DNA of 64,000 nucleotides, from assembly GCA_051362555.1 (NCBI GenBank), contig CM120649.1:4154001-4218000 (forward strand), written 5' to 3'. Made by a program: the position numbers and the translations under genes. Source of the stretch: Lingula anatina. Taxonomy: Eukaryota > Animalia > Brachiopoda. Below the pieces are notes generated by a model, which worked only from the letters and a program-made list of their open reading frames with translations, did no database searches and was not told the origin of the DNA. Within the stretch, counting starts at the first letter, position 1. Every line of letters starts with the position of its first letter. Positions 13,901-28,600 of the stretch are shown piece after piece.

Positions 13901-15658
13901 CGTTGCTAAGGACCGCACGTGCCTGGATTGACGTGACGCTGTAAACAGCAGAGGACTACAACGTCCCCTGCGCCACGTTGTTCCTGGCATGCGAACTTTT
14001 CATACCTGCGATAGATCAAAATCATCAATTGGGAAAATATTTCTGATTAATGATAACTACTTACTTTTGAGGACCAAAGATACAGGTCACACCTATATTA
14101 TTCTAACATGTATAAAAAAACGAGAAATATGAAAACGAAAATTAATGCATCAGCTCAGGTTAGACAGTTGTAACAGTTAATAGATTAATTAATGACCAGA
14201 TGAATGAATGAATGAATCAATTAATAGGTAAATTTTTGAAATATGTATTCTTATAATCAGGTTCGTCTTCCTTGGAGCAAAGAATGCAGGAGATACTGCA
14301 GATGATGGAGACGCAGGCGGAGACTGTCGCCCTGTAAGCTGACATTTGAGATCAGAAAAGCAATCATAATAATAATAATATACATATATCACAGTGGGGG
14401 ATTTAGGGTGAGGTCAGGGGGTCCTGACCCCCCTTCGGTTTCTGAAAAAATCATACCAATGGTCCCCTCTTGAAATTAGAATTTTGACTAGCTGAATCAT
14501 AGTTCTAAACCATGCCAAATGGCACTGTTCGCCCTCTAAAACACGAACATTTTTGTGGGCCCTTCGGGGGTGGGGGTGGTAAGGTTCGGTTTTGAATCTG
14601 TGCCTCCCCCCCCCCCCCCCCCCCCCCTTCAAATAATCCTGGTTCCGTCCCTGTATCATTCTGTAAAAGTTGCATGGAATTGCCAATTGCGTTAGTGAAA
14701 TACTTACAAAGGGTATATTGTGGTAGGTAAGATTTAACTGGGACAGTCTTGCTGCTGAAAATAATATTCATTTTTTCATTAAGGGCGCATTCCCATACAT
14801 TTTAGATCGATTTATCACCGTGGGGAGTCTCGCTAGATTACTGTCAGATAATCCGGCTTAAATGTCCGTTCCGCCTACTACAAGCTGTAAGGGGGTAATT
14901 AACTTTTGTGCCCGCTCGGCTGACAGCTATTTAGCGTGAACCCCAAGGGAGTTAGGTCGATCTAGGTGGATCGATCAAATCTCTGGGAATGGAATCTTGG
15001 AGAGTATGTGATAACATTTATTGAGAGTAGGCTGTTAGTTTCCATCTGAAATTTAGTACAAAAACTGTAAGAATTTCATGGTAGTTTTCAGCACTTCTAA
15101 AAAAATTCAATACTGTAGATTTTTTAAACAAAAAAATATTCAGTACTTCAACTTTTGATTTCATATTTTTTTAGAATGGAAATTCAGTTACTAGAGAAAT
15201 CTGAGGTATGTTTCTTTCTGCTCTTTCATACATGGGTACACACGCACACACACACTCACACACACACACACACACACACAGGCACAGAATTTTGTATTTT
15301 TTCTTTCTAAACATTAGAGAAACGTAATTTGTATCAACTATGCATCACTATACGACTTCCAAAAATCAAAGCATAACTGGATTTTAGATTTTATTTTTGT
15401 AGAGTATTTCATTGATATTTGTTAACTTATTTTTAATTGATGTTGCAGATATTTCTGTTATTTTTCAAACATATCTTTTTCATCATTTAGATGGTAAACA
15501 GGTACAGTGATGAAAATCAAGAGTTGTTGTTGAAGAACATGGATCTCAAAGCTGAGAAGAAGAAAATCAAGGAAAATCTTCTGACTCTGACGAAGGTATA
15601 GAGGATCCATGGCAGATCCAGAAATTTGAAAAGGCTCTGTGTGTGTGTCTGTGTGTGT

Positions 15659-15689
<31 letters not shown>

Positions 15690-18222
15690 GGGGGGAAGAC
15701 GGGCATGAGGAACAATGATAAGAATTTTACGTCACTTAAACGGAAAGGAAGACTACGTAATATTTCACCGGTAAAGGTGAAGATGAAACCTTTTAAGTTT
15801 CAATCATTTAACTCTTTTTAGCACTTTAAAAAACACTAAAAAAGATGAGATTCTATTACTTTTTTCAACAATTTTGGGTTTTGGTGGTTCAGTTGAAATT
15901 CCCAGTTTTATTTATTTATTTATTTCTTTGAGGTTATAGATCTTAATTTTCTTATTGGTGTTGGGCAGGATATACCTTACTGTTTAAATTTTCATGATTT
16001 TTTTCTTTTTGTTATATTAAGGTGTTAATCAGTGCATTATACGCTTTTATGCTGAACCTAATATACATGTAGTAAAATTTAGCAAGACACAAGCCTCCCC
16101 CCCCCACGACACACACACTACCTCCCCCCCCCACATACACACATGCAAACTCATACACGCCACACACATACACGCCACACACATACACGCCACACACACT
16201 CATGCACACACACACATATATACACACACATGCACACACACGCGTACACACACACATGCACACACACGCGTACACACACACACACACACACTTACAACAT
16301 TGTCTCGTATTTTTCCAGAGAATGCAGGACTATGAACCAGGTAGACAACACATTACAGTAGATCTTGGCAAAGATGAGGAAGACGAGGATGAGGAGGAGA
16401 AGGAGGAAGGCAGACGAATACACGGTACATCTTTGGGCGGTGGAGCAAGTGCTTTGCCACCAAGGGTAGGCATGCTGTTCAATTAAACTTTCATTCATTC
16501 TTTATAATACATGTATTAGGCCCTCTATGAAAACTCACAATACCATCAATTTTCACATAAAATTTATCCTTTTCCAGTCTGCAATCTCAAAGGGCATGAT
16601 CACTGAAGATCCCGTCATCTTGAAAGCACAGTTGAGGGAACGCACCAACAGAGTAGAAATCCTATCACAGGTAATTGTGGAAAGTCCTGGGTCGCACAGC
16701 ATAGAATCCTATTTTAGATATTGCACACACACACACATGCACACATGCGCACACACACACACACACACACCGAGTGTGAACTGATGCAAAGACTGTTACT
16801 GTTTTGCCCATAAAACTCAATTTCATGAAGAAATTTATCTGAAATTTTGACAAGTTACATTTTAAGGTTTTTGTTTGATAATGTGTATCAGGAATTTTTA
16901 TCTGCACATATTTTTAGATTTTCTTTGAACTGTTTTTCTATTCAAAACACAACCCAACAGTTAGTATTTCATAAAATTTCTTTAAATGAATTTAAACATT
17001 CTTTAATCTAAATGAGCCATTTACCATTTTACCTTAATATAAAAGCCTTGTAGAAATATTTTGATTTCAACACTTATTTTCATTACAAAAAGCATCACTG
17101 TTTCCTTAATGAATTACACAATTCCTATTAAAAATGAAACTTGCATATAGTTTGCGTTAAACATATTTGATGATTATCTTTGGAATTATTGAGTTTCAAG
17201 TTATCACAGTAACCAAGTATTTTGTTTTATTATTTTTTTTCTTGGTTAACAGGAAAATCAAGAATTCAAGGAAAAACTTGAAGAATTGGAGCAGGCATTA
17301 CTTGACAAGGTACTATTCTAGCATGACTGAGCTAAGGAAATTGGCATAATCAGTTTTTTTCCTTTCTTTTCTTTTTTTGCCATTATCAGATATATTGTAC
17401 TAAAATATTTTGAAAATGTTAATTATCAAAGAACTTCCAGTGATCACTTGGATGTTAGCCTTTTATTAATTAATTAATTGTTTCAGGAGTGTGAAGTGGA
17501 TGCCTTAGAGGTAGATAAAGCCAATCTAATGAAACAGATGAAGAAAGCGAACTTCAGACCAGATGTCAGTTCTCTCTCGAATACCTCATTCAGGTGATGG
17601 ATCTTTTGGATATAATTTATTTCTTTGCATTTAGAACTAATTTAGAGTGCAGGGTTTTGTCAGGAAAAAAAAAGGTAAATGCTGTAAGGGATAACATTTT
17701 TCTTTAATTATCAGGAGACCAGAATTTTGCATCACTTTCTTTGCATGTTTTTATAAAAACAGTACAGATACCTTAAACCTTTTTGAATTTCACAACCCAA
17801 TATCTTTTTTCCTTTAAGGGCACATTCACAATAGAAATAGCATTCCATGTAGATCACTCCAACTCCTCTGGGACTCTCCCATAACAAGATTATTTACTCC
17901 CAAAGAAAATTTTTCTGTCTTGAACCCACTCTACCATGCAGGGTATGTGGCAGAGTGAAAATTTTCACAAGTTCTTTACAGATATTTCTCTTTCTATTCA
18001 CTAGCTGTTCACACTTCTGTACTTTCTGTCTTTTTCTGAATCAGTGGAAGAGCCTCTGGAAGTGCTATAAAACTTGTCCAGCGAGAGGGATCCAAGACTC
18101 ATAGGTGCAGCAAGTGTCACTGTCATCTTAAGCAGGGCAGTGAAAGCGAAACAGCTATGGTAAATTTTGGCTGGGGCTTTTGTTACATTGTTGGGACGTA
18201 CAACTGTGGTAGCTGTGATTGT

Positions 18223-18253
<31 letters not shown>

Positions 18254-21200
18254 GGAGGGGGACTGGGCAGACTGACTGGGATCATTTGAGGGGGCTAGTC
18301 TCACCAATTTTAACCATGCTTTTTAATAAGTGCAAGAAATAAGAATAAAGAACTCTTTCCACTTCTTTAAGTCAAATGTATACTCATTATGTTAAACTCA
18401 AAAACTCTTTCTGCTTGGTTAACCCACTCACACCCTAGCACTAACACAAAATTGGCTTCCTGTGCATCATTTTACACTGTAATTAATTTTCAGTGAGTTA
18501 TTTTTTTAATTAAAATTAACTGCAAGTTTTTTTTTTCATAAAAGAAAGTCCTACTCACAGTTTTACAATATAGTTTAGACTTGTATAATCTTTTTAAATT
18601 AAAAAATAAAATTTGTGTTTCATAAATGAGAATTATCAAACACAAATGAAAAATTTTTCATACCATTAGCTTATGGCCAACCTGGACATCAGTCTGCTGA
18701 AAGATTTCGGCTTGTGTTTGATCATTTTCATTTATGATCCAACTACCAAGCTAATGGACATTTTTAAAAAACATTTTTTTTTGTTTGTTTAAAATTTAGA
18801 TGTCTAAAGCTGGTCTGACAAAGACAGCTATAGAGGAACTTCAACGTGAAAACAAGGAATACAGAGAAATGATAGAGCAACTCCAGGTGTCCTTAAACTC
18901 TGCCCAAGACGAGGTCCAACAACTGTGTCAAGAAAAATCCCAGGTACATATACTTATACATGCATGTACATTTTGTGTCCCAAGCCAATGGCACTGATTG
19001 TTATCTTGCACCTTGGACCACACTCACCTTTTATACAATATAGTAACTGACACAGAGACCGTTGGGAAAAGGTAAATTAATAGGACCTATAGCAACAAAC
19101 AGACAAATTTGGGTCCAAAATGGCAGAATTTCATAAAATTCAAATGTCTGGAATTACTGAGCACCTCCCATTTTATGAATTTCGACCAAGACAATCCTTT
19201 ATTTATTTTAATTAATTCCATTTGTACTAAATTCATGGCACATTACTGTATTTGGTCAGGTCCATCACCCACCCTGAAGCTATGCTTAGAGGTGCCTTTT
19301 TCATTCTGCTCAGAGGGTCATCATTATTTTTAAAATGAGACAAAAACTAGTAATAGTTTTAGCCCTGAGCAGCCCTGCATTATATTTGAAGTATCCCTAT
19401 AGCTACATGTATTGTTTTATAGTTATTTGCATTTAAAAAAAAGGATGCAAAAAAAAAATCTTGTTTCTCTATGAGGAGTAATAAATGATAAGCCTAATGA
19501 AATTCCCTTTCATGGAATATTTTGCACATGAAATTTACAAAATTATGACAATAGGCTCTGTTATAACAGAATATGCTAAAAAAAATTTGTTGATCATACA
19601 TGGCATTTTGGTTGTTTAAGAAGAAAATGATCATAATCATTATACTACAGTGCTTTAATTATGTGCTTGTTTATTCTGTAAGTTATTATTATTTTAGATT
19701 TTAATATTTTTCTATAATTTCCTTTTTAAATGTTGATCAGTGGATAAAATCACCTACGGAAGAGAACCTGAGAATTCAGTCTTCTGAATCAGAAAAAGAA
19801 CTTGGAGACAGTAGAAGAAACGTGCCAACAGTGGTTAGAAAAAATGTGTTTACTTTGATATTTATATGTAATGTTTCAAGTCAAACAATGAACATAAAGC
19901 CCTTATTAACCACCAAACTCTGATATGAGTACATGCTATTTTTTCTGTGGTTTTGAATAAAGCATATACCTTAATTGGTCATAAGAGAAAAATTTTCTAT
20001 ATGATTCCCAATGATTCTAACTTTTGTGCTATTGTAACATGTAACATGCATTTAATGCCCTAGAAGTGTCTTCATTTTAATTTTTGTGAATTGACGGACT
20101 TTCATTCATTCCCAACATTGTAATATCTTAGTATTAAAAAGAGTTGAAACAAAATAAAAACAAAGATTAAAACACTTTGTGATTTTTTAAAAATTTCTTT
20201 TCTCTTCAGTCAAAAATTGTGGTATCCCAACACTACAGTGATGAAGATGATGAAGAGGATCTTGTCGATGAAAACAACAGAATTGAAGCTTCCAGTGTTC
20301 ACCGTCTTGGCGAGGTGTTTAGTCCGTCAGCATTGAATGTGTTTGAGATGCTGGGAGTTCCAGGAAAAGAATGGAGTAACGAGGGTGGTAAACAAATGGA
20401 ACGAGGCAGTGCTATCAGAGCTCAGATGTCCAGTAAGGTATGCAAAGGCAGATCCAAGGGGTGGCACAGAGAAGCATGTGTCCCCCTCCCCTTACTTTCA
20501 TCTCCCCCCCCCCTCTCAAAAAAAAAAAAAAAAGGTATAGACAACTAAGATATGAGACAAGTCTAAGGCATTTTTTTTCCTTCTCTCTACAGATTCCAGT
20601 ACAATTGATCTTGTCAACATTTTCAAAACATTTTTCAAAAAAGAAAAAAATAACAGCTTTGCCCTCCCTTCTACTTTGGTTTGACTAACAAGTCCAGAAT
20701 GTGAAGCTTATAGAGGTTTATTTGGACTGGGAAGGGAGGGGTACAAAATGCCTTCCCTTCCTCTTCCCAACCACCAGCCATACTATAGACTGTGGTAAAA
20801 AGTTTCAAATTAAGCTTCATGAAGTGAACACATTGGTACAAAGTAAACAGACAGTATGAAACATATTTTATCAAAGCTGAATGTCTTAATTCCCTCCTGT
20901 TTCTGAAGGCTGTTTTATCCCTTTATTGGATGTTAAATTGATTTTATACACTATACGTGTATATTGGATTCTCATGTTTAAAAGAGTATACACACACACA
21001 CACACACACACGCACCATTGCACTGTACTGTTAGTATAAGTGTGTAGACTAATAGAATGATTTAATTTATAATACGTAACTTTATTTTATTTCCTTTAAT
21101 CACTTTAAGGCTACCCAAACAGAGGAAAGCTGGGATTCTATCATAGAAGTAAGTGTTCTGAAAGAAATTTATTAAATGGAGGAAATTGCTTTCTTTTAGA

Positions 21201-22416
21201 AACATTTTAGAAAATGTGAATAATTTTCATATGTACAAAATAAATATTTCCAGTGCAGTGCCTTTTTGTATAAGCTTTGTTGTATTTTTTATTATAACTT
21301 TAATTTTTTAATAACTTTTTATGACTGTCAGTGTCTGAATTAGACAAAATATTTTGCATAATTTTTCAAATCATACATTTTAAAGAAATTAGGAAAGAAA
21401 AAGTGGACAGAACGAGATATCACAGCAGTTTCAACGGTGGTTCCATCTACGGTCAATGTTGCCAAAGCAATGATGTCACATGGTCGCCCAAATGTGATCC
21501 ATCAAGTGGAACAAGATGCTGAGAATTATTTGCAAAATAATGTGAGGAAAATATCTTATCTGGTTATGTTTAATTTCATTTGCTGATTATTAAATTTATT
21601 TGTTGTTCAAGCATAAATTTGCTTACTTAATCATTATACAGTATGTAGCTTACTAATTCTTTGTGTCAAAGTCACTTGCCTTAGTTGTATTTTGAGCTGC
21701 CCATTTTTATTTGGCAGTGCGACATTTCTTTAGATATGATATGATGGTTTTCAACATACCCATTGCCTCAACTTTCACAACTGTAAGAACTGAGGAATAT
21801 TTTTCAATGTCCCAAGACCATGAACATTTACAGCCATTTTAATCAGATTATTTCAAGTACTTAGCTTTGATTACACAACATGGACTATGTTTGTCCCCAG
21901 CTTGATGAGATGGTAAACGGCATGAACAATTTCTTTGAGAACTCGGCTCAGATGATGGGGGAACAGTTGGGCATGATGACCAAGGCCAATCACGACCTCA
22001 GGGCCAACCTTGACCCGCGGGAGGCCTTTAAACTGGACAGGGTGAGTCCAAGTGACATTAAAAACTTCTGTGTTTTTTTTTTACATATGACTTTCATAAG
22101 GGGGGCGTCTCGATAGTTCGAAGGTTCATTGGTCCGAAAAGTGGTAACATTTTCATCGATTTTTTATTCAAGGGTTCATTGGTCCGAAGGTTCTACAGTG
22201 AATATTCGGACCAATGAACCTTTGGACTATTGAACCTTCGGACTATTGCTACGGCCCCTTCATAACTAGCTAAGTAAACTGTAGTCAAAAAGGCAAAGAA
22301 AATGGGATGAATCTTTATTGCATTCATTTATGGGCAGGTGTGGTGATTACTGAAAAATATACCAGTACATTTGTGTCAGGGTAAGTTTGTACACATACAT
22401 ATGAATGCACTCACGT

Positions 22417-22452
<36 letters not shown>

Positions 22453-24035
22453 ATACAGTTTTACTTGTTCAGAATTCATAGTCTAAAATCACATAGGAAA
22501 AAAAATGATAATAAAATTATGATTTAAATATAATTTCATTAACCTATAGTTCAAATTGAATTTATTGGGATGTACTAGTATATGAGTGTTGAAAATGATT
22601 TCCATTTTTATTGGACTAAAAAGTTTTAATTTTCATTCTTACTTTTAATGAATTTTGAAAAAATTTATTCTTACTTCCTCTAAATTGTTTTCTGTTCTTG
22701 TAATGTCATATTTAGCGCCTAGAGGCTATGATGAAGGACATGTTTGGGTCTGAGGCCTACAACATGGAACAAGAAATTCTCCAAAGAGGAAAGTAAGTGC
22801 TAAAAGTTTTGATTTTTTAGTTTATATATTATTTAAATTAAATGATTTAAAAAAAGATGTGATTAGTATGTCTTCAAGACTGTGAAGTTCATGGGAGAGG
22901 AAACATACTTTGGGATAATATTTTCCAGATTTTTATACACAAATCTATGAAAGATTATAAGTTACCATATAAACTGTAATTTAACTTGAATTTTTTACTA
23001 TGTACCATTCAGTGCTGGGGTACCATGAAATAACACATTTCCCAGCAAAATCAGTCTTTATCAGCTTAGACCCACCTAACAAATAAATATGACTTGTAGG
23101 TGCTTGCAGGCCCAGGATAAATAATGCTTTTTTACAATAAATAGAAAATAGTAGACAAGGACAATTTCACTATTTACCTGTATTTAGGGCACAGGTATAA
23201 AAAATAATATTTTTGTCTCCATTTGTATATGATGCTTTTTTATTGGGGTTGAAGGAGATCCTTATAGGGATACACATGCTCCTCTGAAATTAGTTAGGGG
23301 AGGGAGAGAGGGCCCACATACAATACCATTCCCTGTCTTCACCATTGGATGGATCCTACTTTGAAAAGATAGAGATTTAACTGATAAAAATACATTAGCT
23401 TATGTGCCAATAGTACAAATAATGTTGTTGTATTTTAATAAACAAAGACTGAATTTTTGTCTTGTTTAGGAGGTTTGGAGGTTTCGATCATACCAAGCAA
23501 GTGTTGGACTTCTCTGGTGAGTGATGTATATTTTTTTATTTGGTTCATTGTTCAATAACAATGCAACTTCTAAAATGTCATGTATCATTAAGTGTTTTAT
23601 AAAAAATTACTTTTAATCTTCAAGGTTTATGAGAACCCTTAAGAAATAAAATTTGGAATCTCAAAGGAAATACGAAAAGATGCTACATGTATTATCATAA
23701 TTAATTTTTTTAAATATAAATTGATAATTAAAATTATAACCTTTTATAAAAAATATTTTAAAACTATCCTTCTTAGACATAATGCGGGGAAAGGGCCTCA
23801 CCCCTGAACAGATCAACCAGAAGATTCAGGAGCATTTCACACGTATCAGACAAATGACTATGGACATGATGTCACAGACATATCAACTGATGAAATCAGG
23901 ACTCAAATATCAGGTGAAGAATGTGCCCCTATTCCTCTTTCCCTCTCCCTAACTTTTTTTCCACTCCATCCCTTAAGTCTCCCCCCCTCCCTCCCTCTTT
24001 TACTCCTCTCTTTCTCTTTTTGTACCCCTTTCCCA

Positions 24036-24084
<49 letters not shown>

Positions 24085-25610
24085 GAGCACATTTTTTCCA
24101 TTTTTTAATGATGATTATACCTTGAATCATCTGAAAGACAAGTTTTTCTTTACCTTAAAATAGCTACAATAAATGTATGAAAAAAATTATATGTTATTAC
24201 ATTTGTTGCACTTAAATTTGTTTTCAGGTTTTTCCTTAAAATTCCTATTCATTTGTTTATCTATAAATGCTACTTGTATTTACTATTTCCTTAAAAATGA
24301 TTTATTTAAAGACCCCTTTATCACCATAGCAACAAGAATATGAGGAGGTCTACAGGGTGGTTGAAGCCACAAAACCAGAAGTTCTGGAAACGCATCATGC
24401 AGGGCCAGTCAGAAGCAGACAGGATGCCTTGAACGTAAGTTTGATTTTCTTTCCTTTTTTCTAAGAAAAAACGCTCATGCATCTCATTTTGCAATATGCT
24501 AGAAAATGATTAAATCTATGACAAAAACTGGCTGCTTGGATGCACCACAGGATAAGATATATATTGAAAGTAGATTAGTAAGTAGATGCCTCATGTACAG
24601 AGATTTTTAATAGCACATTGTGCTGAAGAAGACTGGTGTTACAACTAACACATTGTGCTAGACCACCCAAATGCAATGGTCAGGGTTTTGGCGAGAGTGT
24701 TGGAGGCTGTGGGGTAAAGATACAGGTGCGACTCTCTCCTTAATAACAAAACAAGTACCAGTACACAAGATATGAAAAAATAAATAAATACTGCACATAT
24801 GAAGAGTATGAAAACTTTTAAGACCAAAATTCTTTTTTTTTTTTTTTTCAGGAAAAAAATTAGTTTAAAAACAGATTCTTTGTAAGAATTTAATTTTCTG
24901 TTTTTTTATTTTTAACCCCAGTGGCTCCTCCTTCTATATTAAAAATACTGCTTACACATTGAGAAAATTTAACTTTTAGCACATGAATGGCCATTGAAAT
25001 CTCCATTGATACAATTTTACATTCCTTTTTGTGTGAATTATTTGCTCATATTGTTGAGAGTAAATATGTTTATAGAACCAACTGCTTGGTAAACATTGTT
25101 CAGGCAAAAGTCTTGTTTAATTTGTCAAGTGCACAAAATTTCCATTTCAATACATTTGTTACTCTGCCTGCTCTATGTAATACTAGCTACATGTTTGTAT
25201 GATGTCTATTTTAAAATCATTATGATTATTCATTTTATTATGCTAAGGTAGTGCTAACACTCTCCAATTTGGCCAAATGCTAAAACTGACTTAAATTGGC
25301 TAAACAAAATAGGGTTAGTTTGATTTGTTTTAGTCAAATTTAAACCAATATTGCAGAAGAAAGTGGTGAAAAAGTAGCAATTTGGCTAAGCAAAAAAAAA
25401 AAAAAAAAAAAAAAAATATTGCTAGTGCTTCGTACCCCAGCATACTCACACATTTTTGTCTCATCAGAGGGAGAAAGGAGACATCAGATAGCAGGCCAAT
25501 TATACTTTTGATCATGGTAAATAAGCAAATTTGTTTAAAAAAGTTAATTACAAAGTTGGATTACACTGAAAACTTATTCAAATTTTGATTCACTAAATGA
25601 GTTTTCTCTG

Positions 25611-25649
<39 letters not shown>

Positions 25650-28600
25650 AGGGAAAAAATGTGAAATACATCAACATCAAAACAGCTAAAAAGAAATAGC
25701 ACTTTGAAAAAGGTAGCAAAGTCATTCTCTCACATACTCCCTATGACGCACGAGATAACCTCAGTTTCATATTAACAATTAGTTTTAGAGATCGAATATC
25801 AAGAATAATAAAAAATGCTAAAATAATAACATTCCTTCACGTGTCTTCGATTAAAATACAAATTCCTATGAAATAAAAAGAACTGTGCAGAGGCATCGGC
25901 TGAGAAAAATAACCAAATTCCTGATAAAATATTTATAATAGTGGGTAACAGTTGTCCGATACTCATTCAAAATATTGCCATAAAGGGCAGAATTATTGAC
26001 AACCCGTATTTATAAACACTCGCAACAATTGAAGTGCATAATAGGCCCAGCAGCTTGTTCAATACTATGCTTGGATGAATTTGATAAATGGCCATTTTTG
26101 TTTGCTGTGCTATTGTATACTCCTTAGTGACTTTTCTTTTAATGTTCACACAATCCAGAAAAGACTTCCATTTTTCCCCCAGCTTGGTCATATTAGTGCC
26201 CCGTCTGTGTATAACCAGTGAGTATATTTCTTAACCCATACTCCAGGCCCTGGGAGATCATATTCATGGCCCGAAGCGAGGATAACAATGGCTTATTGTG
26301 CAGTTTTTCTGTGTGAGACTGTTATTTCATTAAATCTCTTAACTTTAACATAATACCCCGCACTAAGGTAATGCAAATAACTGTTGATAACCAACGGCCT
26401 TACAGACCCTTACAACCCAACATGGTTCAACCAGACTAACACAACAGACCAAGTTACACAACTGTTGCTTTGAGAGTGAAAGGAAATATTATTCTTTGGC
26501 GGCAAAGTAGAGAATTTGGACTCTAAGACTTTATTTTTGCGAGAGAGGGTGCTGTGATGCTGACAATGTGCCTGGGTCAAGTAAAGTGTTGTGTTACAGC
26601 CATTGATACTCCACTCACAGTACACTACAGCACAGGTGCATGGAGGCATGGGGGCAAGAGACGGCAGACAACTTTATGAATTCTTGTTGACAACAACATA
26701 CAATTGAAGAAAATTTGATGGAGATTTGAAAGGAAATGTTGGAACTTTCAAGCTGTAATCGGAGTAATAGGAAGATATTAATCATCTAGTAGCTGGACTG
26801 AACAAGACGTGTTCATTCTTCTTGGCTATAGTTCAAGCTGCATGGCTGTAGAGTGTATTACCATTAATTTTCAGCTCAAGCAAGAAGCAGTCACAACTGA
26901 CTAAAGGAATTAGTTGACTGGGATTAATTTCTTTTAGATCCATGAGCGTAAATCAAAAAGGAGAAAAACACAGCTTGTAAATAAGTAAATTGACACATGT
27001 ACTATTCAAATGGGAAAACAACAAGAGACATATATTTTGAAGGAATTTTATAACTCTTTAGAAATGTAGAACATTTGAAAGCAAGGGAGTACACAAAACA
27101 CAGGACAGATATTTTTCTCACTGGAAAAGTAACCTACAATAGCAATCCAGGATCATATATCCAAGTTTAATTTATTAATGAACATTATATTCAGCCATAG
27201 TAACCACCTTCGACAGCATTAGTCTGTATATATACAAGTACGAGAATAGCTGGTAACAATAGCTTTCAATTCATACTGGCAATCTTTCTATCGACCTTCA
27301 ACAGCAGAATTTCCTTGATTGTTATTCCTAGGAGTCACACAGGAAGCACTGGGTTGCATTAATTCATAGAATTGACCTGGAGAATGAATTTCAATTCATT
27401 TCAGGCTGAGATAAAAGCAGGTATAGATTTCCAACCAAGTGTGGACTTAACATTCAAATTATCACAGCGACTCTAGAAAACCAGGAGGATTTTGAGTTTG
27501 ACTGTACTCCGTCTGTATTGAGAAAAATCTCATTTCTCAGTGGACAAGTGGAAATTTAATGTTCTGTTCATGTCTTAACTCACGTGCTATGTCAACATTC
27601 ACCTCCGCTAGGTAATTAATATCATTAATTAATTCTCCTGAAGAAGTTGATTATATTTGCACAAGGACACCAAATTGCTTCACGAGTAATGCAGTATATA
27701 CTTCAGTGTGATAATTAAGGACTGAAATATTGTGTCAACCTCTTGGTGACAACACTGAACTTCATTATCATTGGATTTTGGGAGGACCAGGATTCCAACG
27801 GAGCGATAACGTCCTCACTACACAGGTATCACTTGCTGTCACTTTCGTCAGACAAGGATTAAGTCAACAAATTGTGTTTACCAACATCAGAAGTAGATAT
27901 TCTGATACACAGTAAATGAAAAAGACGAGGTAATTTGACCCGCAAGGACTGTGAGGAACTGTAACAAAGCCTGCAGGAATTATTGGCTGAAGTTTACATG
28001 TTTGTTGAACACAAGATAGTGAGAATTAAATTGATCTTTACAGTATACAGATCATATATCATACATTGCATAACTGATACCATCTGCATTATAAGCAAGG
28101 CAAAGAGGTAAATGACATTTAGTTGGACAATACATGTACCCAAAATACTGACAATAAGTGGGAATTTTAATGACACAGAAGATGCTAAGACTTTAATACA
28201 GTAATCATCTGTTGCAAGCATTTGCAAAAATTATATATATTTTTTTAACCTGAGGCCTACATTTAAGTACACAGAGATAGATAGGACACTCAAAGATACA
28301 GCATTTGTGACTTCTTTATCCTGCTGACATTATTGGTCAAAGTTTAAGTGAACCCACCTGACACAAACTGGTGTAACCCAAAACCACTCCAACACTTTGG
28401 AGAGGTAGAATTTGGTATCGAGAGGAATTTCAAGTTCATTGGGTGCAGACTGGAAATGTTTTCAGCGTTTATTGATGTTGGCTGCCAACAGAGAAATATT
28501 AGTACATGATACTTGATAGATACAGTTTAGAGGACAACATATTTTTGCTCAGTGGGAAGGATCTACTAGAGATTACAGTTTTATATAATTTTTTTTCTGG

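Noticed and set aside
15458-16361. His/Thr-rich and Cys/Val-rich ORFs
   Set aside because: Translations of (CA)n/(TG)n microsatellites and G/C runs.
26715-26845. Fragment WRFERKCWNFQAVIGVIG resembling a Harbinger transposase motif
   Set aside because: The catalytic DG motif is absent and spacing to the next motif does not fit; too weak without a search.
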